From Nitrospinota bacterium (GTDB lineage: Bacteria > Nitrospinota > Nitrospinia > Nitrospinales > VA-1), in NCBI GenBank assembly GCA_013349585.1, contig DUZG01000002.1, positions 39,348-103,347 on the forward strand: a stretch of 64,000 nt of DNA, written 5' to 3'. Shown here piece by piece: positions 1 to 9,443 of this stretch; the first letter of the stretch is position 1, and each line of letters opens with the position of its first letter. The notes below the pieces were generated by a model. It ran no database searches and had not been told where the DNA came from. It worked only from the letters and a program-made list of their open reading frames with translations. The position numbers and the translations under genes were made by a program.

Positions 1-44
1 ATTTGGTTCCAAGGCCGAGTTGTTCCCCAATATCCTCCACATCT

Positions 45-81
45 GGGGAACAGACATAGTTTGTCTGTTCCCCTTTTTTTT
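45..81 (+). terminator. Rho-independent terminator hairpin for a gene ending upstream of the window
   Basis: Perfect 11-bp stem GGGGAACAGAC (45..55) / GTCTGTTCCCC (63..73), 7-nt loop, followed by T8 (74..81). Confidence 0.6.
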
Positions 82-286
82 ACCGCCCAATCCAATTTTA
101 TTAACCAATAGGTTATCGGCATAAAGCGAATTACATATTTCTCCATTAAACAAAAGTTCAAATTTCAGCCCATTTGAGATACAATCGGGACTTGATTGTC
201 ACGCGACTAAGAAAGTGTTGAAAATCCTTCTTCCTCTATTGGCAACTAACTGTTTAATTTACCTTTAGGCTAGAAAGAGCATACTT

Positions 287-868
287 ATGGGGAATAAATC
301 AAAATATAACCTTGTTTGGATGGACTGCGAAATGACTGGTCTCGATGTGGAAAAAGAGGTTATCATTGAAATTGCCACCCTTATTACAGATAGCGAATTG
401 AATGTGCTAGAAGAAGGTCCCTGCATCGCCATCCACCAACGAAACGAAATCTTGGATAAGATGGATGATTGGAATACCAAACACCACAATGAGTCGGGAT
501 TAGTTAAACGGGTTCAACAATCTTTGATCGATGAAGCGGAAGCAGAAAAAAGAACTCTGGATTTTGTTAAAAAATATTGCCCTAAAGGCATAACCCCCTT
601 ATGTGGCAACTCGATCCAACAAGATCGAAAATTCCTGCATAAATACATGCGCGGACTGCATGAATATTTTCATTACCGAAGTGTTGATGTGACTTCTATT
701 AAAGAACTCGTTACTCGCTGGTACCCGACTGGCCCCAAAAGCCCAAAAAAAAGTCAGGAACATGTTGCAATGGTTGATATCAGAGAATCTCTACAGGAAT
801 TAGTCTTTTACCGAAAAAATTATTTCATTCCACAAGAAGCCGAAAATTCCGAATCCAAGGCTATTTAA
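287..868 (+). CDS. orn: Oligoribonuclease (DEDDh 3'-5' exonuclease)
   Basis: 193-aa ORF. N-terminal [12 protein letters not shown] exonuclease motif. Length and overall sequence are typical of Orn. Confidence 0.9.
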   Translation: MGNKSKYNLVWMDCEMTGLDVEKEVIIEIATLITDSELNVLEEGPCIAIHQRNEILDKMDDWNTKHHNESGLVKRVQQSLIDEAEAEKRTLDFVKKYCPKGITPLCGNSIQQDRKFLHKYMRGLHEYFHYRSVDVTSIKELVTRWYPTGPKSPKKSQEHVAMVDIRESLQELVFYRKNYFIPQEAENSESKAI

Positions 869-875
869 ACCCACT

Positions 876-1145
876 ATGAATAAAGGCGCACTCATCACAA
901 TCGCTTTCTTACTCCTGATCGCGAGCGTTTCCATTGATCTTTTATGGACAGGCAACAAACATCAATGTGAAATTTGTATAAAATACAAAGATCAGATTGT
1001 TTGCCAAAAAGTGAAGGGAATGGAAAAACAAGACACCATTATGACCGGCATCAGCACGGCTTGTGGTGCCGTGGCAAACGGCATGACCGAATCCATAGAA
1101 TGCCAAGCACAACCCCTCGAAAAAATGGAGTGCCAAGACATCTAG
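876..1145 (+). CDS. Small hypothetical protein, N-terminal TM/signal anchor, Cys-rich
   Basis: 89-aa ORF with hydrophobic N-terminus (ALITIAFLLLIASVSIDLLW) and 6 Cys. I recognise no family. Confidence 0.4.
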   Translation: MNKGALITIAFLLLIASVSIDLLWTGNKHQCEICIKYKDQIVCQKVKGMEKQDTIMTGISTACGAVANGMTESIECQAQPLEKMECQDI

Positions 1146-1272
1146 CGGCGAACCGCCACTGGTGATAGGTCGATTCCCGTAAAGAGGAAAAGCATCGACA
1201 AGCTTTTTACTGTAAGTTGGCTAACACTCCTCCTCAACAACAACCTTCAATCAAAATGGAAAGTTGTTAAGT

Positions 1273-1310
1273 CTAGATTGCCACATCGCCTTCGGCTCTT
1301 CGCAATGACG
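1273..1310. repeat. REP/MITE-like GC-rich interspersed repeat copy
   Basis: ctagattgccacatcgccttcggctcttcgcaatgacg is about 85% identical to 37151..37188. Related inverted copies lie at 37053..37090 and 38674..38708. Confidence 0.7.
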
Positions 1311-1407
1311 TCAGCAGTACTTATGCCGGCTTACGCAAAGATCAGGAATGGGTCATCTAGAGGCTCAATAGCTATTATTCGCCCAGACACGTTCTGATCT
1401 ATTCCCC

Positions 1408-2124
1408 CTAGCGGGAGCTAGTGCAGATTAAGTCGTAGACTTGTTGGTATTTTTCTTCGACGCTTCCAAGGTTGAAGCGAAAACGGTCTTTATCCATTTT
1501 CTCGTTGGTGTCCCAATCCCATAGCCGACAACCATCCGGGCTGATTTCATCGCCTAAAAGTACTGTTCCATTGTGCCGACCAAACTCCACCTTAAAATCG
1601 ACCAATCGGATTTTTCGTTCTTTAAAAAACTGCTTCATCAGGCTATTGATTTTTAGTCCTTCAGACTTCAAAATCTCCACCTCTTCTTTAGTGGCCCAAC
1701 CAAAGATATCAACATGGCATTCGTTGATCATTGGGTCACCCAACGGATCGTCCTTATAAAAAAATTCAAGAATCGGTTTTTCATTAAATTCCCGCCCCTC
1801 ATCAATGCCCAACCGTTTGCACAAGCTACCTGCGGCTACATTTCTAAGCACCACTTCGACGGGAATGATATCCAGACTTTTTACCAGCATTTCCCGATCA
1901 TTGATATTTTTAACAAAATGAGTTTTAACCCCATTCTCTTCCAGGTACTCAAAAATGCGGCTGGACATATGGTTATTCATTACCCCTTTATCGACGATCG
2001 TTCCCTTTTTTTTTCCGTCAAATGCGGATGCATCGTCTTTAAAATACTGAATCAACAAATCAGGATCTGAGGTTTTGTATAAAATTTTCGCTTTACCTTC
2101 ATAAAGTTTCTCTAACTTTTCCAT
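1408..2124 (-). CDS. purC: Phosphoribosylaminoimidazole-succinocarboxamide (SAICAR) synthase
   Basis: 238-aa ORF with full-length PurC-like sequence (LYEGKAKILY..., DFKVEFG..., ISPDGCRLWD). Confidence 0.92.
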   Translation of the reverse strand: MEKLEKLYEGKAKILYKTSDPDLLIQYFKDDASAFDGKKKGTIVDKGVMNNHMSSRIFEYLEENGVKTHFVKNINDREMLVKSLDIIPVEVVLRNVAAGSLCKRLGIDEGREFNEKPILEFFYKDDPLGDPMINECHVDIFGWATKEEVEILKSEGLKINSLMKQFFKERKIRLVDFKVEFGRHNGTVLLGDEISPDGCRLWDWDTNEKMDKDRFRFNLGSVEEKYQQVYDLICTSSR

Positions 2125-2137
2125 AGCAATGTTCTCT

Positions 2138-3433
2138 CTATTTTTTAAAGATTCGCTTAAAAATAAAATCTACATTTTTAAACTGCGATTTTAAATTAAA
2201 TATTTTTTCGATTTCTCGCTCTGTCATTAGACAGCGAATTTTTTTATCTTTTTTCAGCAATGTTAAAAAATCTTTACCTTTCATCCATGACTGCATCGCA
2301 TTTTTCTGCACCAGTTTATAAGCCTCTTCGCGTGCAATCCCCTTTTCTACCAGTGCAAGCAACACACTCTGCGAAAAAATCAGTCCTTCGGTTTTTTCAA
2401 GATTGCGCATCATGTTTTCTGGATAGACAATCAAATGCTCCATCATTTTGGTCATTTTTCTTAGCATGTAGTGAACAAGAATCGTACTGTCCGGCCCGAT
2501 CACTCGCTCCACTGAAGAATGACTGATATCTCTCTCATGCCATAGAGGCATATTTTCCAAAGCAGCTAAGGCATTTGCCCGAACCACGCGAGCCAGGCCC
2601 GACATTTGCTCCGATACCACGGGGTTTCTTTTATGCGGCATTGCGGAAGAACCTTTTTGTCCACTCGAAAAAAATTCTTCCACTTCGAGAACCTCTGTCC
2701 TCTGTAGGTGGCGAATCTCTGTAGAAATTTTATCGATCGTTCCTGCAAGAATAGCCAGTACAGTGAAAAATTCTGCATGCCGGTCTCGTTGAATAATCTG
2801 TGTGGAAACCGGTGCCGGTTTGAGCCCTAACTTGGCACATACATACTCTTCCACTTCCGGATGTATGCAAGCAAACGTTCCCACAGCACCAGAAATTTGG
2901 CCGTAAGAAATAATTTGCCGAGCCCGCTTGATGCGCTCAATATTGCGCCCCACCTCTTCGTACCAGTTGGCGACTTTTAACCCAAACGTAAGAGGTTCCG
3001 CATGTATGCCATGAGAACGACCTATGGTGGGAGTCATTTTATGCTTTAAAGCCTGGGCTTTCAAAACAGCCTGAAAGGCTTTCAATTCTTTCAAGATAAG
3101 CGTAGAAGCCTGCTTCAACTGCACGGCTAAGGCCGTATCCAGTACATCTGAAGAAGTCATCCCTAAATGCATATAGCGGGCCGAGTCGCCCACATATTCC
3201 CCGACACAAGTGAGAAACGCAATGACATCGTGCTTGACTTCCCTCTCAATTTCATCAATACGCTCTACCTTGAAATCGGATTTTTCTTTGATATCTTTCA
3301 AAGCCGATTTAGGTATTTCACCGCGTTTTGCCAATGCTTCGCAGGCAAGGACTTCGACTTTCAACCAGATTTTAAATTTATTATTTGGCTCCCAAATGGA
3401 AGCCATTTCAGGCAATGAGTAACGTGGAATCAA
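2138..3433 (-). CDS. purB: Adenylosuccinate lyase
   Basis: 431-aa ORF. Fumarate-lyase family signature GSSAMPHKRNP. It lies adjacent to purC. Confidence 0.92.
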   Translation of the reverse strand: MIPRYSLPEMASIWEPNNKFKIWLKVEVLACEALAKRGEIPKSALKDIKEKSDFKVERIDEIEREVKHDVIAFLTCVGEYVGDSARYMHLGMTSSDVLDTALAVQLKQASTLILKELKAFQAVLKAQALKHKMTPTIGRSHGIHAEPLTFGLKVANWYEEVGRNIERIKRARQIISYGQISGAVGTFACIHPEVEEYVCAKLGLKPAPVSTQIIQRDRHAEFFTVLAILAGTIDKISTEIRHLQRTEVLEVEEFFSSGQKGSSAMPHKRNPVVSEQMSGLARVVRANALAALENMPLWHERDISHSSVERVIGPDSTILVHYMLRKMTKMMEHLIVYPENMMRNLEKTEGLIFSQSVLLALVEKGIAREEAYKLVQKNAMQSWMKGKDFLTLLKKDKKIRCLMTEREIEKIFNLKSQFKNVDFIFKRIFKK

Positions 3434-3541
3434 TTTTTAATACCTCAAAAAAGAAATAACTCTGGAAAGGCCGAAAGTTATCTCATTAATATGATATAAA
3501 TGTCCGCATATATTAAACGCAAAATTCAGGTAAATCAATAA

Positions 3542-4036
3542 ATGAACAAAACATTAAGTGTGTGCTTTGTATGTCATGGAAATATATGCCGTTCCCCGCT
3601 GGCTCAAGGGGTAATGGAATCCCTGGTAAAACAAGAAGGGTTGGTAAAAAATATTCTGATTAGTTCTGCTGGGGCCAGCGGCTGGCATGTTGGCGAACCT
3701 CCCGATTCCCGCATGCATGATACTGCCCGTGAACATGGCATTGCCCTCAATAGCCGCGGTCGTCATTTCCAGGGTCACAATTTCAAACAAATGGACTTGG
3801 TATTAGCTATGGACCATAGCAATCTGGATATCTTGAAATCTTTTCAACCCGAAGCGGAAACTCGTGGCAAACTGTTTCTATTTCGCTCCTTTGATCCAGA
3901 CAACAAAGGAGACTTGGAAGTCCCAGACCCATACTATGGAGGCGAAAAAGGATTCGAACTCGTCTATCAAATAGTAGAAAGAACCTGCCCTAAAATTCTG
4001 GAGTATTTGAAAGCACAATTACCCTGTGAAGGATGA
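3542..4036 (+). CDS. Low-molecular-weight protein-tyrosine phosphatase
   Basis: 164-aa ORF. N-terminal CX5R(S) P-loop VCFVCHGNICRSP and a C-terminal DPYYG motif. Confidence 0.85.
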   Translation: MNKTLSVCFVCHGNICRSPLAQGVMESLVKQEGLVKNILISSAGASGWHVGEPPDSRMHDTAREHGIALNSRGRHFQGHNFKQMDLVLAMDHSNLDILKSFQPEAETRGKLFLFRSFDPDNKGDLEVPDPYYGGEKGFELVYQIVERTCPKILEYLKAQLPCEG

Positions 4037-4898
4037 AATAAACCATCTGATTGAGGCTATCTATGGAGCAAAAATAGAATCTTTTTTCGCAATAAGTGGC
4101 GGAAGTAACAATCAAACACAAGTACTGAATCTAACGAATGGACAACGAGTTTTTTTAAAACAAAACCCGAGTCCTCCCGCAGATTTTTTTTTAGCCGAAA
4201 TCCGTGGCCTCAAGCTTCTCACCCCAGCTAAAAGTAGCCTAAAAATTCCCAAGCCTATCGCAGTTCAATCAGGTGACCGCCCCACTTTTCTTTTACTGGA
4301 ATATATAGTAAGCTCATCGGAAGATGAAAAATTTGCAGAACGACTCGCCCGATCTCTAGCTGAACTTCACATCATAAGCCAGGAACATTATGGGTTAGAC
4401 CACGATAACTATATTGGTAGAACGCCACAGAAGAACGCGCTGGAAAAGGACGGCATCATTTTTTTTCGGGAGCAGCGAATTGATTTCCAGAGACAACTCG
4501 CGCGACAATCAGGTTTATTGCCCGTTGCTATTGACAATAAACTTGATTTACTTTGTGATGATCTTGGAAAGTTTTTAAATATCTCAGGAGAAAAACCAGC
4601 ACTTTTACACGGTGACCTGTGGTCGGAAAACTATTTTCCAGACAGCGAGGGTAAATCCTGTGTTTTTGATCCAGCAGTTTATTATGGGTTACGGGAAGCC
4701 GACCTGGCTATGACAGAACTTTTTGGAAGACTTCCGCAAAAACTTTACGATGTTTATCAGGAAGTGTTTCCGATGAATCCCGGCTATGAGGAAAGAAAGG
4801 ATTTGTTCAATCTGTACCACTTATTAAACCACCTAAATATTTTCGGCAGCTTTTATCTTTCTTCAGTGCAACAGATCGTAAATCTTTATACAGACTAG
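4026..4898 (+). CDS. Fructosamine/ketosamine-3-kinase family protein
   Basis: 290-aa ORF. Kinase catalytic block LLHGDLWSENY and DPAVYYGLREADLAM are typical of the family. The GTG start overlaps the preceding gene by 11 nt. Confidence 0.8.
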   Translation: MKDEINHLIEAIYGAKIESFFAISGGSNNQTQVLNLTNGQRVFLKQNPSPPADFFLAEIRGLKLLTPAKSSLKIPKPIAVQSGDRPTFLLLEYIVSSSEDEKFAERLARSLAELHIISQEHYGLDHDNYIGRTPQKNALEKDGIIFFREQRIDFQRQLARQSGLLPVAIDNKLDLLCDDLGKFLNISGEKPALLHGDLWSENYFPDSEGKSCVFDPAVYYGLREADLAMTELFGRLPQKLYDVYQEVFPMNPGYEERKDLFNLYHLLNHLNIFGSFYLSSVQQIVNLYTD

Positions 4899-4989
4899 AG
4901 GGGCTAGAAGGGAATGCTAGTGAACCTACAATAAAAAGCTGCAGATCCTATTTCTGATTTTGACCTATTACCTGAGTGGCGGGTCGCCG

Positions 4990-5766
4990 TTAGAAACCAC
5001 CACCTATTTTAGCTATGAAGGTATTTAATTCTCTTTCTACTGAGCCATCCCAATTTTTCATTTCAGTGGTCAGGGTAGCCAAGGCCGATTTTCCGGCACT
5101 TATTTCCAATGCATCTGCAATACTAACCAGAATACGGGTACCATATTGCTCTACCAATTCATGCTCCTCTGCAGCCCTAAAAGCTATATCTGGCCCCAGA
5201 ATCATTGCCCAAGCCTGAATCACAGATATTTGGGTGGATTCTCTGAAACGAAGCGAATCGAGCTCTTCCATATAAGTTCCCGGATCCATTTCTCCCGATT
5301 CAAATCTTTCTATTAACCCCTTTAAACTTTCACCTTTCGATTCAACTTTCTGAAATATAAATTCAAACAACTTTGCTTCATATTTCTTCAGCTCATCCAT
5401 GTTCCATGGACACTGAAACTCGTTCTCCATATCTGAGCCTGCTTTCCTAGCCTCTCTTTCAATTTTATAAAGGCAATTCGGGCATCTCTTACCCGCGTCG
5501 TGGTTGAATTCTCCACCACAATGGCAAAGGGCTAGAACACTTTGTAATGCGAGTGCCAACGCATCTTTCTTAAGACCTAAAACCTCACGAAAGGCCACTC
5601 GAACCGGATTAGCTCGCGCTATGTGGTTGTAGTTGGAGCAACTCGAACAATAAATCTCATAGGAATTCTTATCTTCCCCTGGCTCAATAACCGGTTCGAA
5701 TATTTCAGGGCATAGAACACATTGAATTTCTTTTTGAAAAGTATCCACTATAAATTTTTCCAGCAA
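4990..5766 (-). CDS. Hypothetical protein with two N-terminal CxxC...CxxC zinc-ribbon-like motifs
   Basis: 258-aa ORF with a TTG start. Motifs: CVLCPE...CSSCSNY and CHCGG...CPNC. The helical acidic C-terminal half matches no family I recognise. Confidence 0.55.
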   Translation of the reverse strand: MLEKFIVDTFQKEIQCVLCPEIFEPVIEPGEDKNSYEIYCSSCSNYNHIARANPVRVAFREVLGLKKDALALALQSVLALCHCGGEFNHDAGKRCPNCLYKIEREARKAGSDMENEFQCPWNMDELKKYEAKLFEFIFQKVESKGESLKGLIERFESGEMDPGTYMEELDSLRFRESTQISVIQAWAMILGPDIAFRAAEEHELVEQYGTRILVSIADALEISAGKSALATLTTEMKNWDGSVERELNTFIAKIGGGF

Positions 5767-5916
5767 AAGTTAATAAGGCTAAAGCTACTTATTAGATGTT
5801 AGAAACTGATTCAGGTTCCAAAAAACAAGGCTCTACTTTCGTATAATATTAACCGAAGTTTTTGAGTTTCTAATTTGGAACCAACTGTTTAAGCAATATC
5901 AGGCGATGCCTAAGGC

Positions 5917-5957
5917 AAAAAAAAACCCATGGCTATTAGCCATGGGTTGGTTTTTTA
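5917..5957 (-). terminator. Bidirectional Rho-independent terminator after the oxidoreductase operon
   Basis: A9 run, then hairpin CCCATGGCT-att-AGCCATGGG (5926..5946), then a T-run. It lies 12 nt downstream of the minus-strand stop at 5969. Confidence 0.6.
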
Positions 5958-5968
5958 CTTTAAGCAAC

Positions 5969-6250
5969 TTAACCTGCGTAGGCTTGGCCCAAACCAGCGG
6001 TTTCAGATTCTTTTCCACCCTTAATTACTCTCCCAGTTACTGCATCGACCGGGTACATGGTGATGGCATTGTGAGTACTACACACTACTTTACACAAGTC
6101 ACAGCCTTTACATCGAGGCTCAATAACAATGGCTTTCGTAGTGGTTTCATCCAACATGATTGTGTCGGCTTCAGGACAATACATAATGCACAGTCTGCAA
6201 CCTTTTTCAGCAATACATTTTTCGTTATCTACCCACGCTATGTTATACAC
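5969..6250 (-). CDS. 2-oxoacid:ferredoxin oxidoreductase, small 2x[4Fe-4S] ferredoxin-like subunit (ForE/PorE-like)
   Basis: 93-aa ORF with two CxxCxxCxxxC(P) motifs (CRLCIMYCP, CKGCDLCKVVC). It is the last gene of the D-A-B-G-E cluster. Confidence 0.85.
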   Translation of the reverse strand: MYNIAWVDNEKCIAEKGCRLCIMYCPEADTIMLDETTTKAIVIEPRCKGCDLCKVVCSTHNAITMYPVDAVTGRVIKGGKESETAGLGQAYAG

Positions 6251-6357
6251 TTATAAAATCTCCTCATCTAGCTTACCATATTTTATAAAAAACTGATCCG
6301 ACCCAACCTAAAACGAAATCATTCTTTCTAAAAGTCGATTCATTAAAATTTACTAAT

Positions 6358-7041
6358 TTACACAGTAACTAGATTAAGATCCTGTTTCTCAGCCCATTCA
6401 GTAGCTATTTCGTAGGATTTTGTAATAGTATCCATGTTTGCCTTGAGTAGCATTTCCTTCTTGGCGTATTTCTTTTTGATTGCTTCATCAAGAGTTGCTG
6501 TACCACCGGATGCAACGTATTTCTTTCCAAATCGATCCTTTATTGCCCCGTCCAACGCTTTAAGAGTTACTATTTTTGTTATCCCGGCACATGCCCCAAT
6601 CATAGCCATATTGGTAGAAAGTTCTGTCTTTCCAATTTCCAAAGCTAACTTGGTCGCATCATGGTTCAGCACAGCAACATTTAAGTCTTTTAAGCGTTTA
6701 TGATCCTCATCCGAAAGCAGATCATCAGTGGTGTTGATAATAACCAAACCATTCTCTTTGATCCCATCATAGAAGGGAGCCGTGTAACTTTTTTGCATAG
6801 TTATAACCTGAGGATGGAAAATCATAATTACATCTGGGTAAACCAATTCACCGCGGTCATAAATGCGCTCCGAACCAATTCTCGCATAACTTTCGGCAGG
6901 TGCCATTCGCTTTTCAGCACCAAAGAAGGGATTTGAAATAGAAAACTTCCCATCTTTGTTTGCTGCCATAGCCAAAAGATGCGCAGCAGTTACTGCTCCT
7001 TGACCCCCCAAACCGGAAATACGGATATTCATCCTACTCAT
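6358..7041 (-). CDS. 2-oxoacid:ferredoxin oxidoreductase, gamma subunit
   Basis: 227-aa ORF. N-terminal MNIRISGLGGQGAVTAAHLLA is typical of POR/KOR gamma subunits. Confidence 0.88.
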   Translation of the reverse strand: MSRMNIRISGLGGQGAVTAAHLLAMAANKDGKFSISNPFFGAEKRMAPAESYARIGSERIYDRGELVYPDVIMIFHPQVITMQKSYTAPFYDGIKENGLVIINTTDDLLSDEDHKRLKDLNVAVLNHDATKLALEIGKTELSTNMAMIGACAGITKIVTLKALDGAIKDRFGKKYVASGGTATLDEAIKKKYAKKEMLLKANMDTITKSYEIATEWAEKQDLNLVTV

Positions 7042-7061
7042 AACTTTCTACTCCTATTTCT

Positions 7062-7973
7062 TTATGCGTTAACCGGCTTTTTAGCTGCTTCTTTAGCCGC
7101 TTTTTTTCGTTCTTTAGTTTCTATCTTAATTGAATCGAGAAGTTTTTGAGCTTCATCGGAGATATATTCTTTTTGTACGAATCGACCACCAATGGACTCA
7201 GAATCTTTCATCTCATCCAGACCTTCCATGCTCTGCTTACCAATCTCCAAAATACAAGGAGTATAGAGCTGCACAAAAGTCGGCCCAACTTCACGGGCAA
7301 TAAGAACAGCATTTTAAATTACCTGCTCAACTCGATTTGGCTTACTAACTGTCAACAAAGCAACATAAGCACAACCCGCTTCACGAGCAATTTCAGGTAA
7401 TCGAACTTTTTCAAAGTTCTTACCTTTAGGAGCCATTTTGGCTACAAAACCTTTTTGCATCAATCCACTTTCCTGCCCGCCCGTATTCGCGTAAAGCTCA
7501 TTATCAAAACAAATGGTAGTGAACTTTTCCTGACGGAACCAAGACTGCATGGTCATGTCCAATCCGATATCAACCGTCGCACCATCACCCGCCAGAACCA
7601 CAACGTCTTTTTCAACATCAGGGAAACGACTTTTCAAAGTTCTCTTCAGCCCAGAAGCAATTGCGTTCTGGTTACCAAAAAGGGAGTGAATGTTATGAAC
7701 GGCAACATGCGGGAACACCAAGCTGGTACAGCCAGTGGAACCTACAAACACAGTGTCTTCTGGAGCCGGCAAGCTGGCAAGAATGTAACGAAACGCAATG
7801 GATTCAGGACAACCCGCACACAATGAATGCTGCTCTATCAATTCTGTTGATGAACCGATGTCTTTCCATCCGCGATCCTGATCACCAAATGTAGCCGATT
7901 CAACCAGCTTATGGTATTCTGGAGGCATGATATCCGCAAGGTCTTCGCAGATTTGGATTTTTTCTTTACTCAT
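7062..7973 (-). pseudogene. 2-oxoacid:ferredoxin oxidoreductase, beta (TPP-binding) subunit, interrupted by one in-frame TAA (7314..7316)
   Basis: ORFs 7314..7973 and 7062..7274 share one frame. The TPP motif GDGATVDIG lies upstream of the stop and the conserved GPTFVQLYTPC block lies downstream. There is no frameshift. Confidence 0.85.
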
Positions 7974-8050
7974 ACAAGTCCCCTTTAAATTTAATTCCCC
8001 TTACAGGGAAATAGTCGCAGTTAAAATTGAAAAAAACGACAACGACTCCG

Positions 8051-9289
8051 TTACCTGGAGTTTTGCGCCGTTTTAATTCCCAAATGAGTTTTAATTTCTT
8101 CAACAATGACCTCAGAAGGCATGGTCATACCGCCCGCAACATGTGGCCCACAATAAACTCTTTCATTGTCTGGAATCGTTGATTTAATCTCACGAGCCAT
8201 CCAACCAGCCACGTTGAACTCAGGAACAAAAATATGCTTGGCATGTTTAGTTGCCCGCTTAATCTCTTCATACGGAAAAGGACGAACGGTTTTGATTTTA
8301 ACCAGTCCCACTTTGATACCCTCTTCCTCCAACAATCGAATCGCTTCTCGACTCTGTGAAACAGCCGTACCAGAAGTTACAATAAGAATTTCTCTATCTG
8401 AGTTTTGTTCATCAATCAAGCCATCCAGAAGCGCAATAGTATGTTTCCTAGATCGCTCAACTGCCGCTTTAATCTCCTGCTGCCAAGAAGCATGAGTTGA
8501 GTAATTGATGTAATTCGATTTCATTACGAATGGGTCACGCATCATTCGATACGGTGCAATTTCCATATCCATGCAAGTCACGGGTGATTCATATGGATTG
8601 TAAGGAGTCAAACAAAGTTCCTCTGGAGACAAATCAACCGTATCCTTAGTATGAGTCACGAAAAAGCCATCACAACAAACAGCGATGGGAACATGGACAT
8701 CAGGCTGTTCCGCAACAATAAAACCCTTCAAAATATAGTCGTAGAGATCTTGCGCTGTTTCTGCATGCCATACCAGCATCCCGGTCTCTAAAAGATAATG
8801 CATCTCCAAAGTGTCAGGCTGAATACTCAAGGGAGAGTTGATTCCCCGACAGGTCACACAAACCTGAATGGGCAATCGAGAACCTGCCCACATTGGGAAA
8901 TTTTCCATAGCCCGTAATGTTCCCGGACCAGCAGTGGTGGTGAAAACACGGTGTCCGCCAAAAGATGCGCCAGCACATTGGCCCATAACCGCAAACTCAC
9001 TCTCGCCACGGAAATACTCATCCAGATAATCCTCAGCATAAAGCTCGCCGATCAATGCAGCCGCTTCACTTTGAGGTGTGATGGGATAAGCGACCGATGT
9101 TCCTACGCTTGCGCGGCGAATCGCCTCTTTAATCACTTCACTACCCGTCAGGAAGTTAGGAGTTTGTTCAGCTTTATAAAATATATCGTTAATATCTGTG
9201 TAGGTTTGGCCTTTTCTATTTTTCTGACCCAGCTTCACATGCTTTGAAGCAATAACCCTTTTGCCTTTTAATTCAACTTGTTTATTCAT
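8051..9289 (-). CDS. 2-oxoacid:ferredoxin oxidoreductase, alpha subunit
   Basis: 412-aa ORF. YPITPQSE motif and overall POR/KOR alpha architecture. Confidence 0.88.
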   Translation of the reverse strand: MNKQVELKGKRVIASKHVKLGQKNRKGQTYTDINDIFYKAEQTPNFLTGSEVIKEAIRRASVGTSVAYPITPQSEAAALIGELYAEDYLDEYFRGESEFAVMGQCAGASFGGHRVFTTTAGPGTLRAMENFPMWAGSRLPIQVCVTCRGINSPLSIQPDTLEMHYLLETGMLVWHAETAQDLYDYILKGFIVAEQPDVHVPIAVCCDGFFVTHTKDTVDLSPEELCLTPYNPYESPVTCMDMEIAPYRMMRDPFVMKSNYINYSTHASWQQEIKAAVERSRKHTIALLDGLIDEQNSDREILIVTSGTAVSQSREAIRLLEEEGIKVGLVKIKTVRPFPYEEIKRATKHAKHIFVPEFNVAGWMAREIKSTIPDNERVYCGPHVAGGMTMPSEVIVEEIKTHLGIKTAQNSR

Positions 9290-9443
9290 AAATTTACTCC
9301 CGAATAAAGAGTTTTTGGTTTTATTAAAATTCGGTATATAAAGTTCAATCTCTCCTAAATATCAGGAGGGCTCTACTACAAAATCTATCCTATCCATCTA
9401 AAATTTGAAAAGTATTTACTTCTACTGCAACCGCCTTCAATTT

